From contig SMSO01000036.1 of assembly GCA_004764695.1 (NCBI GenBank), forward strand, positions 496,001-560,000: 64,000 nt of DNA, in the 5' to 3' direction. Shown piece by piece: positions 47,196 to 61,526 of the stretch (position 1 is its first letter; every line of letters begins with the position of its first letter). The position numbers and the translations under genes are program-made. Under the pieces are notes generated by a model that was not told the DNA's origin, did not search any database, and saw only the letters and a program-made list of their open reading frames with translations. The DNA is from Schizochytrium sp. TIO01. Its lineage: Eukaryota > Protista > Bigyra: Labyrinthulomycetes.

Positions 47196-50100
47196 ACCGG
47201 ACGAGTTCAACCCTTGCCATGAGTGAGCTATCAAAAATGGACCAACGAACCCCCGGGCCGTCCCCACTCAAGCATGGTTCGCAGGAGCCTCCGGCTCCGT
47301 CTTCAGAGGCCGCCGGGGTCTCTGCGCTGCGCCCGAGGTCTCAGCCTTGGCGACGAACGGCGGCGGCGTAGCTCCAGGCTTCCCAGTTTCCAGTTCCTGC
47401 CCTGTGAGGAGGAGGAGGAGGAGGAGTTAGCTGATTATTGATGCAGTATAGAGCAAACCTTCCTCTTCCACAGAACTGCATTCATGGTTCGAGTGACTGA
47501 CCCTCTCTTGTGCCTGACTTTCTCATGACTTTCTCATGTCTTTCTCATGTCTGTCTGTTTGGAGGCAATGCGTGGAAACCGAAAGACCGCTCGAGCCGTG
47601 AAAGACCTCTTTCTCCTCTGCGCTATTGCGCTATGACCTGTCTTTGGCTGGCGGGCGAATCATGCTGTTGGTCCCTCCCCATCCATACATTTTACATTTG
47701 ATGATCATGTTGTTGTGCCTTCTGCTTTGGAGCTCTCGTTGGTGGAAAAGGATGGGCAATCAATCCAATGGCGTGCCCATCGGCCAGCAAATCCGTGAGC
47801 CTGAGATACGAACGTTGGAGAAGCACAGAACCTCGCGCATGTGCAAGAAATCCTCCGAGCGAGACGCCAGCGGCTGATCCTGTCATGTGACTATGGAAAG
47901 TACCATCGACCAGCACTAGGCGGTCAACGGCAGGATGATTGCTACTCCTGCTGTGCCATGCGGCTTGACCTTTTCGCCCCATCGAATTGGTAATGGCCTT
48001 CTGTTGACGGGTGTGATTTCTACCAAGGGTATCAAAAGAGCACAGAGCATGCATGCATGGTAATAAACGCAGGAAGAGAGAGAGAGCTGCCTTTGCAAGG
48101 GCGCCAGGGCATTTTTTCAATATTATTCTACTCCAAAGTGGATCGCGTACTGTGTATTTATTTAGTTGGATGCACCTGTCTACACAGTTTGTCGAAGCGT
48201 ACATTCCAAATCAATGAGTTGGCAAGCGAAGCTACGCTCAAACTGTCTAACTGCAAATCATGATCATCCTTCCAGGCACGGCTCGGAAGACCTGGCATGC
48301 TACGCGTACCCTACTATGATTTTTTGTTTTTTAAAAGTAAATGTAAAATTAAAATAATAATAAAACACCACGAAGAAGTTGAACTCTCTAGTTTTTAATT
48401 TAAAATAAATAGAGAATAGTAAATAGTAAATGGTACCAGATCCTGTGGATCATAATGTCAGACAGATGATGGTACAAATTCTCTCTCTGTCCTTCTCACA
48501 CCAAGAGAAATCAAAAGGAAGGCGAATTGTAGCGCTTCCTTCTATGCATGGTAAGTATAAAGAACGGTAGTCATATTTAATCACCAGCAAGAACATTTGT
48601 AGATGTACTCTCGACCGTCGTGGCGACGTCGTCAGGGCTTCAAAAAATATGTGCTGAGGATGGCTCCACAGGAACGCAGTCTTGACCGCACTTGCAGCTG
48701 GATAGCTCTGTAAGAAAGATTGCTCTGTCAGCGACACAATACACGAATGTGCTCCCATCTCTAACGGTGCTATTTCGCAACGCCCGAATTTCCTCTCGTT
48801 GACACTTTCTGGTCAAGCATGGATAAAAAAATCAATCATTATCACGAAAAGGAAAAGCTAAGCGGAATATAATTACTAAAAGGGAGAGATTCTCTTCAAG
48901 TCTTCGATCTTTCAACTGATGAAGAAGATTAAGTGCTATCAACGGTTTCAATGAAAGTGACTTGCATTTTTATTGACACGAGCCGCCCTCAGCTTAAGCT
49001 ATATGGGTGTTGCTCTCAGGTCAACGCTGCTTTTCCCATCATCATTCAACCTTTGGCATCGTGACAATTAATCTCCCTCGCAGGTAGTACGCAGAGGTAG
49101 GTATCTTGTAAAATTCCAAAAGACGCAACTGAAAGAAAGAAAGAAAGAAAGCCTAAGGCAAGGAAAACAAACAGCCAAAGAAGCAACAATGCAGTGAATG
49201 CAAATGCAACAATAACGTTATTAGCTTCCAAACACATATTAGCAGCGACTCCCGCCAAGAAAGCAGCGGGCAGCCTTGTTAATTATTTATTTCTCGGCGG
49301 CACCGCTTCTCCGCTCCATCTACCCTCCTCAAACGTCTCGTTCTCTCGACCTTCGCCAACGTCAACCGAAGAAAGGGGAATGAATTCATACAAGGCTTGC
49401 GCAGGAAGCCAATTGCTGAACCTCCCCATCGATCGACAAGTCGACAGCGCTTGCCAAGCTACGCTTTTATTTCATGTTAATTATAGTTTTTTAAAAGTTT
49501 TTTTTAACCTTTTAATTTAATTTTAATCGATTTCATTTAAATTTTTAAAGGTCTGCTGCGCTTTCTTTATACCGATTCGGCACGCAGCTTCATACTAGCT
49601 ACTCCCATTCTAGCTTTTTGTTCAGGCCTGCCTCTCGGAACTCTTTCAACCAACTGCGAGTACCCCGTCGTAGGTCCTGATGGTTCATTGGAGTTTGAGC
49701 TTCTTCTTTTCGTCCTCTTCACAGCACTTTTCTACTTTCTTCTTTTGGAACGATTCTTGTCTTTGCTCTTGTTCCTGAAGCTGTTCTGAACTGAAGAGGG
49801 GCCAACGCGTAACAATCATTACAGCCCTCCGCAAGTGCTGATATCGCCATTCCATCTCTTCTTCTCTCCGCAGCGAAGTTAACTGCTTTTCTGCGATGAT
49901 GCATGACGAACCTGGAAGTCAGAGTTCTTTCAGCTTTCCATAAACAACAGCATAGTCGTAGAGTGACTTAGCAATCTTCGAATTCCTCAGTCAGTATTCG
50001 ACACCAACATACCTAGCAGGTACTTTCTGCTTGGGCGCTGCTCTCTATCAATCAATCTTTACAATAATTGACTTCTGCTAAAATGAAAGACATAAATTAC

Positions 50101-53100
50101 ATACATTTTTATTTACGTCTATCCGAACAAACTAAAGGATCTTCGCTTCTAAACACATCAAAAATGCACGGTACTTACACGGACCCTGTTCTTTCTATCG
50201 CCGCTGTTGATAGTAAATAAATACCATGCCTGTATATGAAAAGTCAACGGAAAGGGTGTTTCTTTCCTTGGCCAGGCCAGCTGAGCGTGGATCGGCGTGG
50301 AGCCAGGGCTCGCGGAAGCTCCGGCTTTGTCTGCTTCGCCTCTTCTTCACGTGCCTCTGGGGCACTTACTCGAGCCGAATGCCACTTGTTCTTCGTCTTC
50401 TTCTCTCTTCCGGTCGCCGCCGCGTGCCGCAGAAGGGCCCTGTTGTCTCGAATTATCTTGTTCTGGTAGACGAGTTAGTTCTCCAATCGAATACTTGATT
50501 TGGAGGGCTTACCGTTTCTCGTAACCCAACAATAATAAAAGAACTTCCACTCCTGCTTCTACTGCTACTGCTGCCTGCTTATCATGATGATCGTAAAGAC
50601 TTTTATTTTCATTCCTCGGCGATTTTCACGAGAGAAGGAACTAAAAGTAAGGGGTTCCAAAAACAATGGAAAGCGCAACAACGCGGCAGGCACTTGAAAA
50701 AGTCTACATACATATGCATGCGTTTTCAATGCTTTAACATTGAAGTAAATTATACGTAATCTTCGGCTAGATTACATTTTTATGTTTTTTAATGTTCTCT
50801 TTCTAAACAAAAACAAACAAAAACCAACAAAAATCAGGTGGCCTCACTTTTTAAAAGGAAGTAACTAAAATTTAATGAAACAAAGCTGCTTTTTTTTTAA
50901 ATTTTGCTTTTCACTTTTTTTATGATAAATGATTAAAACCTCCGAGTCTTTTTAAACTTTTGAATAGATTTTTTAAAATATGTAATATGTTCTTTCATTT
51001 TAATTTTTTTAATTTTAGGGGGGCCGTGCTAGAATTATTATGCATAGATTATGGAATGCTTCGTGCCAGGGCTCACATGCCCTCTTCAGGAAACGAGTCA
51101 AACAGCCAAACAGCCATGTCAACCCTAATTGTGTGGAGATTACGAAGCATGTTTAATTGTTGATAAGACCAACTACACGTCAAACGTGATTGGCTTTTCA
51201 CCCACTCGGCCGGGCTTCATAGCGAGCGAGTCAACAGCTCATAATTAAGATGGCACTTGAAAACCAACTATCATGCTTCTTCCTTTTACTCTTTATAATC
51301 TCCCACCTATCAAGTCCTAGGACGTACTGTATCCGTCCAGGGGCGGAGGTCTTTCATCGTGACTTTCTTTCTTTATCCGTAAAATAGAGCATTGAAAGGA
51401 GAGACGGGAGAAAAGTAAAATGGTTTCTGCCTGCATTCTTGCCGCACTTTAATGGTAACTATAAGAAGAACACTTAGTGCCAGCAGACAAAAGGGTCTCC
51501 CTAACTTGGCATTCCCCTATCAGAGTCCTCGTACGGTACTCTTGAGGCCGAGGCGCGATAACAGAAAGAGGCAGAAACTTCAAAGGAAGGCGTGTAAGCG
51601 AAGAAGGTGCAGTGGGGACCTGGAACCCGTTGCGAGATCGAAGGTACGCGGGTGTGCAGAAGGTGCGATAGACGCAGCTTGAAAATAAGATTTTGATCGA
51701 CCAAGAGAGAAAGAAACAAAGAAAGAAAGCCCTTCTCAAACAGGTACTTCGTCACATAGCTAGCTAGATAGATAGCTAGCTAGCTAGAGAGTACTCTATG
51801 TACTACCTACTTCGCAGAAGCTAGATAGCCCTATAGTAGAAATGAAACGATCCCATTGAAAGAAACTATGAAAGATAGGGGCAAGAGAGCTAGCTAGCTG
51901 CCTATAACATCTACAACCGCAGTTGCACATTTTTCTTCCTATTACAGCTTGTTCCGACTCACTTGCACGCCAACCTGAGGGGCGCGTGTCTTTCACCCGT
52001 CTCTACGCGCTCAAGTTCTCGCAAGAAATCGATCGAGAAAAGGAAAACAAAGACCTGCATTCATGCATTCATTTCAAGCAAGCCTTTGCTTTCGCCCAGC
52101 AGTCTAAAGATCCTCTTCACACAGGAAAGCAATCAAGGAAGCAATCGAGCGAGGCCGGACATGACACAGATCGATCTATCTGATCTGCCCAAGCATACTA
52201 CCTCCATGATGAAACTCACTCACTTACTCACTTACTCACTCTACGTGGTACTTAGTGCTAACTAAGCCCTCCTGGCTCACAGGTGCCCGTAGAAATTGGA
52301 ATGAATGAAGATCGTAGATTCCAACGATGGATCTCAGAATTAGTTAATTCATCGATGCCGTTCCTTTGTGTAGATTGCCCGCGTGTACTCAGGAATGGCT
52401 CACCGAAGCAGACGAATGGAGTCTGCTTCGAAGAAAGCGAGCGCCGCTCCAAGCTGCCTCCATTTCAACCTTACACGTTCGTCGGTTGGCTCGCTTGCTT
52501 TTCCAGTCACCAGATCGCATCAGGAATTCATTCATTCATTCATTCATTCATTCATTCATTCATTCATTTCTTAATTAATTAACTAAACCTTGCACAGATA
52601 ATGAACAAATGCTGCTCATCAAAATCGGGCTGCGCCCATTTCCAAAGGGCTGCGCGTTCTTCCGCTTCTTCTCGCACCCGTCGCTGTCTCTCTCGGTCGT
52701 CGCGCCGCGCCCACTCCGCGAGCTGTAAGCAGCATACAATCAAAAAGCCCAGCCCAATCGAAAGCGCCTCAGTTGAGCCGAAGCGAAGTCCTCCAACGAA
52801 CGAATCGACCGCGGCCCATTCGCAGCGGTGGCGGTCCTCCATCCCAAAGGCAAATAGATAAATAGATTGACAGATTGATGATTGATTGAGAGACTGATAA
52901 TAGATTGAGAGATAGATAGACCAGGGTGTGTACCTGAAAGATGGGTCTTCCTTCATAGCTTATCCTGCCTCACTTCTTCGCATCGCAAGCCACAACGAGT
53001 CGAGGCGAGTGGACGGAGATTGGACCGCGAGTGCGCTAGCGAGTGCGCTAGTCAGGCCTGGCTGGGTAGGCTAAGCTAAGCTAAGCTAAGCTAAGCTAAG

Positions 53101-54318
53101 CTAGCTAGGGCTTGAGGGAATCAATGAATTGTTGACGCCGGAGAAGAAGTCCAAAGTCCAAAGTTCGAGGGCAGAAGCGCGAAGGTCTGGGAAGGGAGGG
53201 GCAGCGCCGCAGCGCACGAGGGATGATGGGGAGAGGTGCAAGTAAACAAGCGAGCAAGCGAGCAAATTGTCAGCCAGCAGCCAGCCAGCCAGCAAGCCGC
53301 CAGCTCCGTAGACGAGTTGATGGATGCAGTTGACAGTGTTAGATAACAAATGAATTTAATAAATGAATTGACTTAATCGTTTTAATTTATTCACTTTAAA
53401 TTGAAAAGATGAACTGATTTTAGCAGCAGCAGCACCAGCAGCACAGGCAAGAGTTGGAAACTAAGATTGGGTGGGTAAAGGAAGGCTAGACTCAAGTTCA
53501 AGTTGGGAGTTGTTGCAGAAATGGCGGTGTGAGGCCCTCTTTTCACGGCTCTCCCTGTCCTTCATTGATGAAAGAGTAAGTTAAGTTAACTTAAGCTTTC
53601 CTTCCTTCCTTCATTTCTTTCTATGGAAGCAGCAGCAGAGGAGCTATTGCAGAGGCGCCTGCTCTCTCTTCTGCTCCCTCTCTCTGCTGGAACGGCTCGC
53701 AGCAGACAGTCTGGTCTCGCTCGGGTCTGGCCGCAGGTCGCATATCAGGTTCCAATGCCGGAGCATCGTCAGGACCGCCGCAAGCAAGAGGGTCTCCACG
53801 GCTGCTGCTTTGGTCTGGTGTTCCGGAGCGAGCTCTGAGCAGGCAAGCAAGAACGTAGCTCTGCTCTTGTCGCTAACGGAGCAGAGGCGAACTTTTGGCT
53901 TTTTCTCCAACTCAGCTCAGAAAAGGCATCAATCAATCAATCAATCAATCAATTAATCGATTAATTAATTAATTAATTAATTAATTACTAGTAATAAATA
54001 AATAATAAATAACAAACAAACAAACAAATAAGAACACCAGGACTCTCTCTCTCTCTCTCTCTCTCTCTTTGTCTCTTTGTCTGGGCGCATAGCACTGATT
54101 AGGGCATGCCTAGTGCCCACCTAGAGGCTTTTCCTTTTTGGTTTGTTTGTGGAACAAAGAACAGACCTTGGAGACAGACAGAACTAACTGACGGCCTCGC
54201 ATTCTGCTCGCTCGCTGCCCAGGCTTGGCAGCCATACCGTGCGAAGAGCTAGCTACACGCGGAATACTTGGGCTGCTGCAGCTCCTGAGGAGCACTGCTA
54301 TCCTTGGCTTTCTTTCTT

Positions 54319-54500
54319 TTCTAGTTCTTGCGTTCTAGTTCTTGCGTTCTAGTTCTTGCGTTCTAGTTCTTGCGTTCTAGTTCTTGCGTTCTAGTTCTTG
54401 CGTTCTAGTTCTTGCGTTCTAGTTCTTGCGTTCTAGTTCTTGCGTTCTAGTTCTTGCGTTCTAGTTCTTGCGTTCTGGTTCTTGAATTCTGGTTCTTGAA
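54319..54500. repeat. 14-bp minisatellite TTCTAGTTCTTGCG x11 plus two TTCTGGTTCTTGAA variants
   Basis: Units start every 14 bp from 54319. Confidence 0.97.
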
Positions 54501-55200
54501 TTCTTTCTTTCTTTCTTTCTTTGTGCGGCACTCGAAAACCCTCTCCTCGAGCGAGGGCTCAGACAGACATCCATCGAGACATCCATCGAGACAAATCGAG
54601 ACATCCATCGATGGACCCATCGCACTCGTTCACAGCGGCAGAGAGAGAGAACCAAACACGCACGCGAGGAGAGAAGAGATGCACTGCTTCCATGTAAGCA
54701 ATGCGATGGAGCGGCGACGGCTCTCGAGCGCGTTTAGGGATTGGAAATGAAACCAGTTCTCGCATCCATTCTTGTGTCGCGGGAGAGAGAGAGAGAGAGC
54801 ACTCTGACCCGCCTCAGGCCTCGCTCACTCGCTCACTCGCATCCTGAGCTGCTGCCGCTGCTGCCGCTGCCATCCATCGCCTCGCGCAGGAATAAGGATG
54901 GCAGAGCGATTGCTGCTTTGCACGCGTAGATAGATAGGTCGATCCATTGGCGCTTTGGCGGATAAACGGGATCTGTGCAGAAGAAACGAGCATTTGTCTG
55001 GCTGAGCAAAAGCGTGGAGCGAGTGAGATAGATCAGAATCGTCTCCTGAGCCCAGTTCAGAAAACGGGGCGAGCAATGCAATCAATCGCGCTCTGGTTCG
55101 GCATGGCATGGATGGCATGGCATGGATGGCATGGCATGGATGGATGCCGGAGATGATGCGCATTTATTTATTTATTTATTTATTTGTTTATGTGTTTATC

Positions 55201-55440
55201 TGTTTGTTTGTTTGTTTGTTTGTTTGTTTGTTTGTTTGTTTGTTTGTTTGTTTGTTTGTTTGTTTGTTTGTTTGTTTGTTTGTTTGTTTGTTTGTTTGTT
55301 TGTTTGTTTGTTTGTTTGTTTGTTTGTTTGTTTGTTTGTTTGTTTGTTTGTTTGTTTGTTTGTTTGTTTGTTTGTTTGTTTGTTTGTTTGTTTGTTTGTT
55401 TGTTTGTTTGTTTGTTTGTTTGTTTGTTTGTTTGTTTGTT
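55201..55440. repeat. (TGTT)60 perfect microsatellite
   Basis: Direct reading; source of the VCLF and TNKQ pseudo-ORFs. Confidence 0.98.
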
Positions 55441-55604
55441 TATTTGGCTGTCGAGGATGCGACAGAGGAATGGATCGATTGTCAACTGCGAAGGCCTTTT
55501 GCTCGTGTGGGAATCGATCGAAGCGGATCAGAGCAGCAAGCAAAGCCTCAGCGCGAAAACGAAGACTTCATCTGCTACACAATCGAAGAGACAGGCCATA
55601 AATA

Positions 55605-55673
55605 TTCTTCTTCTTCTTCTTCTTCTTCTTCTTCTTCTTCTTCTTCTTCTTCTTCTTCTTCTTCTTCTTCTTC
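55605..55673. repeat. (TTC)n microsatellite
   Basis: Direct reading. Confidence 0.95.
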
Positions 55674-58471
55674 AAAGTTGTTTAATTTTGGGGGAGCCCT
55701 TTTCATTTATTAAGAAGAAAAAAAAAGAAAGAAGGTATTTAATGAAAAGCCGTATGCATCACTTCTAAGAAAGTTTATTCTATTTTTCTACTTTTTAACA
55801 TTCAATTTATTTTAAATTAATGTTATGGCTATTACTATTATTATGATGAATGAAATAAAATGAAATAGAACGAAATAAAATGAGAAGAATGAGAAAACAG
55901 AAACCTCTTATCACATCAAAGCGGCGAAGCAAAGAATGAAGCTCGTCAGTACCCCACTATAACTAGCAAGCAGCCCACTGGCGAGACGAGCTGCAGATGG
56001 ACAACGAGGCGATCCTCGTAAATTACTTGGAAGCCGCGGCGGCTGCCATGACAACGATGATGACAACGATGATGACAATGCGGTTCGTACGCACGGGCGC
56101 TACTTTGTAATGAATGCCCTTGAAATGGCCGAGCGATCCGCCGCAGAAGTCGGCACGTTCCTGGCCACGCTTTGGTGCGCTCTTTGCCATTGCTCTCTGT
56201 GTGCATGTGTGTGTTCTGGCAAGTGCCAACTAGAAGCAAGAGCAGCAGATGCAAACGGAGACAAGACTTGGCACGCAAGGAACTCGGAGCGGGCTGGCGA
56301 AAGTAGAAGCGAACTTGGTTGCCAAGATCTTCTTCACCAGAAATGAGTGACATCAAGGTCGCTCGCTAGGTCGCTCAAAGAGCGTGCGGTGAATGGGCCA
56401 GAGGAATGCAAGACTGTATATGTTGCTCCTTTGCCAAAACGCTTTGCCAAGAACCCCAGGACTGGGACATACATACATCCACATTGTGCCGCCTCGTCCT
56501 GCCTGCAGTACATCTTCAGCGCTGACGGATTCGAGGCACCATAATGGGGGGTGGAGCCATGCATCGAACATCACTCTGCAAAGTGCTCCGGTTTATGGAT
56601 ATGATTTGACACGATAAATAAATGCAATGCAAATAAATGCAATGCAATGCAATAAATGCAATGCTAATAAATGCAATGCAAATAAACGCAACGCGATGCG
56701 ATACAATGTAACACAATCGTCGTTCACTCCGGCGCCAATATATGCATAGGTCGCATTTGTACGTTGATCACACACGCATTGGAAAAGGTAAGGAAGCTAG
56801 ATCGCCTCAGCTCCCTGCAGGCTACCGCTCAGCTCGAGCAAGGCTCCCGATCGGTAGCCAGCCTCCGACGCTCTTCGATCCAAGTCCTCTTGAAAAGGCT
56901 CGCTCGAGGTGCCTCACGGTTTTGAGCATTAGTTCCGCTCTGTCACGAAGAACCAACTCCGGAGACCTTCTTCACCCAAGCAAATCAACTCAATCAACAA
57001 CTCAATCAACAACTCAACACTCAGATTACAGAATACGCAACGAATCAGACGACTAAGAAGGACCTGCCGCTACTACTGCTGCCCTAACTAACCCTACCAC
57101 CGCCATGAGATCCCTTCCTTTCAGAGACACAATACATACGCATAAGGCGGCAAAGAAAGAGTATCGTTCGATGGGGCCTCCCCCGACAGCGGCTTCTTCG
57201 CCGCTCCTCTGCAGTGAAGCGTTCTTGGTGGCTCCAGATCTCTCCCGCTCAGCGCGGCCACGCGCGTAAGCGAAGCGAAACCGAGGTGGGAATTCAGGCG
57301 CTCAGTCGATGACTGAGACGATGACTGGACTCGCGCGAGCCTCGGAATAATGAGAAAAGCCAAAGCCGTCTTTTTTATTTATCTATTTCTATTTCTATCT
57401 ATTTCTATCTATTTCTAGTTCTATTTCTATCTATCTATCTACGTGCGGCTACTGTAATTGCTAGCTCTCGCGTGCTTTCGAAAGAGCGAGCGAAAACTCA
57501 TTCATGGGATGCGGGAGAACGCTTAAGAGAACACGTTGAGAACAAACAAGGCAGAACAGGGAGGCAGGCGCTCGTCTCTTTCCCTCCCTCTCTCTGTCTG
57601 TCTGTGTCCTGTCTCGACTTCTTTCCTTCTGTTCGTGCAGAGCCCTTAATTTAAGGTAATAGTCTCTCTCGATTTTAAAGAAGAAAAGATTTCGTGATTA
57701 GCTCAGTTTAAGCTTGATTTATAAAAGATGGGTTTTAAACTAGAAGAGTTCTAGCCAACCCAATGAAAGCGCTTCCTTTCGAGCCCTTTCTTGCATACTA
57801 AGGGATTGATAGTGCTAAGTTCTCTTATTTACTGCCAGAGGTCCAGAGTGAAAACAGCTTTTTATTTGAGAACTATTTTTTTTATTTATTAATGTTTAAA
57901 ATAAATAAATAAATAAATAAATAAATAACACTTATCAACTAACTTAAAGGTGGTATGGGTTTAAGAGTCTCTTTTCTTTCCCGAGGCCGCAGAGGAAGCG
58001 CGAAGTCTCGCAGCACTGGAGCAGAAGCGAGAAGCGGGCGCAGGGAACAGCCAGAAAAGGCGAAAGCGGACCACCAGAGAGAGAAGCGACCGCCTTATCC
58101 TTGCCCAGTGAGCAGACAGACAGACCCCTCTGCAGATGCAGAATCGATCGGTATTCGTATATATAAGTTCATGACGAAAAAGAGAAGCTAGTGAAATACT
58201 CTAGTACCCTAGGTAAGTTCACCTAGGCGGAATCGTAGAGAGGAGGTGGAAAGAGGCGGTCTTTCATCGCTTGCGCACTCTCCAAAGCAACCCCACCGAG
58301 GTCTTTCTGAGGCCGGTCAGTAAAGGGGGAGAAACTCTCTTGGAAATGCCCTGGAGGGGTACGATGGGAACACTGACCTCACGGCTGGCTCAGCTATCTC
58401 TCTCTCTTCGACGCTGGATGAAAGATAGCAGGAATCGCTACAACGAAATTCCATCTACTTAGGTAGGTGGG

Positions 58472-58473
<2 letters not shown>

Positions 58474-58567
<94 letters not shown>

Positions 58568-58569
58568 TC
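58474..58569. repeat. (TTTC)n microsatellite
   Basis: Direct reading. Confidence 0.95.
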
Positions 58570-61526
58570 CTTTTCCTTCTTTCACACTGTCTGTTTTACA
58601 AGTTCATAGTGAGAAGCTTTTTCTTTGTAGAAGAAGAATAGAAAAGGAACAAGAGAGAATCATTGAATCTGTTATTTTCACCTGCGTAACCTCGAGAGCT
58701 GAGTTGCGCCGCTAAGTCTCAACCTTGCTTGCAGCTGAGATCCCTTTCTTCCCCAAAGAAGAAGAAGTTCTTTTTCTCAAGCATTCATCGCTCTTGGAGG
58801 TTTATTGATTTGTTTAGATAAATAGATCTCAAAACTCTATACAGTGTGTTACTTTGAATAGGTAGGTGGTGGCTATCTGGATGAAAGAAAAGGCATAGTT
58901 TTGCTTTCACGTGTTTTTCAAAGTCATAACAATTGAAACTTTGGACACTCGCTTATAATAAGTGGTAAATGAAAATATGGGGAGGCACGTATTCTTTTGG
59001 GGGATGTACTGGTTCGTTGATACATAATGAATGAATGCTGAGCTGAGCGAAACCAAGAAAGGCTGGGTGGCGGCCTTCTGGAGCCTCACTCACGGCCGAG
59101 TGCATCCTCGCTATAGCAAGGCGAACGCCGCTGCTGATCAGGAACCTCGTCAGCATTGCTGTCTCCGCAAACAAACCAAAAGGCGCCACGAAGAGTTGCA
59201 AGAAGCAGCATTCTTTGCAAGTACCCCTATTTTATTTAATTAATTAAAAGACCCTGACGCCGATTCTCTTCTCTTTTAAAAAGAAAAGATAAAAGTTTAG
59301 TTTAGTTTAGTTTAGTTCAGTTTGATTAGTGAACAAATCTGCCTTTCACAATAATTTTGACTTTCGAATGAAACGTTTTAGTTTTACAATAATGATAAAG
59401 AATGCAAAGCTCTAAAGAATAGAATCCTTCATTGAAGGTAAAAAGAGAGTAGAACGAAGGCAGACAGGAACGAAGGAGCGAAGAGGATGAGGGCGAGAAC
59501 GACAGAGGATGGTGATGAAGCAGAGGACGAGGCGGTGCGAAGTCAGGAAAAGGTATTGAGACAGGACGACAGTTGGACATCAGAGAGCAGGAAAAGACAA
59601 CGAGACACTCAAAGGGAGGAGACTGAAGTCCCAGCGTCGAGTATTTGAGGCGGCATTTCTTCCTGTTGCTTGTCACAATGGTCGTATTTTTTACATACTT
59701 TTCCTACTTATTTTATAAATTTTAATTTAAAAAAAAAAAAAAAAACTCCTTTTAGTTAAATTTTAATAGCAAATCAGATAAAACTTTTGATACAAAGACG
59801 AGGATTGCAGGGGTTCTACTTTGTGGGCTTGTACACTAAAAGACTGCTTGGATTCGAGAAGGATTTCGATTCATGCAAACACAGACCTGCCCCTGGTGGT
59901 TCGTGTCGGTTTCCCGTCTCATCGCTCTGTTTAGCAACCCGATGCTAATGCATTGCAAGTTTTAACGGGAGGTTTTAGCTTATGTAACATTAATCTTGTG
60001 TAGGATCACTTTTTACTAACTATTTTCGAAAAAAATGTAGAAAAAAATGAGAAGGAAGTTTAATTCCTACTTGGCAAAACACCTTTTATTTTAGTTAACC
60101 TGTTTGTCCTTCTTCTTCTTCTTCTTCTTCTTCTTTTCATTATAAATAAAAAAGAAATGGTCGCAACACCCTGCAATCAGGGTCACGATCAGCGGTGAGC
60201 CATGCTTTCCCATGTCATGGGCGAGCAAATTGAACTTTGAAGAATATACTTCACAACGCGCAAAACCTGTTAGAAACCCTTCATGAATGCATGCTAGCAG
60301 CGCCCGGCGGTTCTTCTGGGTAAACAACTGGAGGTACCTAGGTGCTTTTACTCCTGATGGGGGAAAGAGACATCCAGGAATTAGAGAGATGACCTCTGTT
60401 CATATTCGATGGACTGAACACGAAAATACGAAAGAATAAATAGGCGGTTTAAAACAATATTTCTTTCGCTCGTGCGAATGTTTGGAATACTGATTGTAGA
60501 GGGGTAGATCTCCCAAGGAAGATCAGTCGGTGTTCTTTTTAGTTGCTTTGGCTTTTGTTGGTTTCTTGATTTGTCTGGTTGGTTTGTTTGTTTGTCCGTC
60601 CAAAAAGTCTTTCAATCATACATGGAAGGTAGATAGATTGAAAGAAACAGAGGAGCATGCAGCAGTAAGCGCCTTTCCTGGCTGAGCGATGTTGAGAAAA
60701 ACAAAACAAAAAGAAAAAAGAAAACATTGAGCCCTGGATGACGAGGGAAAAGTAGAGCCAATGTAAGAGCGCAACGGACTCACTGACGCTTGAGAGGAGA
60801 TAGGAACTAAGCATGTCATGTTTTAAAAATAGAAGACAACAAAACTAGCACACGAACAGACAGACAGAAGATCTTCCTTTTCAAGGATAAAAGAGTAGGT
60901 GCCTTTCTACTCTTTATTGCTTCTTTTTCTGCTCTTTTTTCAAAGAAGTACTGGGGAGAGAATAGAATAAGGGCCTTTCTTCCATTTCGAAACTTTATAA
61001 TTTTGTTGTTTGGCCCTTAGAGCTTCTCTTTAGTTTTAAGTATTGCGCAGGTAGTTTATTAAAAAAGAATGGAATAAAAGAACGCAGGTAATTTTCTTTT
61101 TTAAACCATTAAAAGTTAGGGATCTGTTTTGTGATAAATATGTATCTCGTCAGCCTTTAATGAACAATAATAGACAATGTAATTCTTCGACTTAATAATC
61201 AAGCGCACCATATTTAATTTTAAAAAAATAAAAAATAAAAAAAAAAAAAAAAAAAACTTCTCTCTTTCTCCCCTCTTCCAAATGTTTTTTTCTTTTCCTT
61301 TTTAACATCTATTTCCAATTTTAAAAGATATAATAAATTGAATTGTTTGAGAAAATATAAACATTTTAAATTCATGTATCCGGGTAGGAGAAAGATCAAA
61401 ATAATAAAAGAGAAAAGAGAAAAGAAGAAAATGCGGCGAGGAAATCGAAGCAAAACCCGAATTCGATTGAGTGCAAGATCAATTCGAGGCCAGAGACCAT
61501 CATGCCAGAGGACGGGCGTGAAGGCC

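Noticed and set aside
55108-55768. VCLF/TNKQ repeat ORFs (also the MYVC, HSFI, SFFL and KKER ORFs elsewhere)
   Set aside because: Translations of stop-free tetranucleotide microsatellites.
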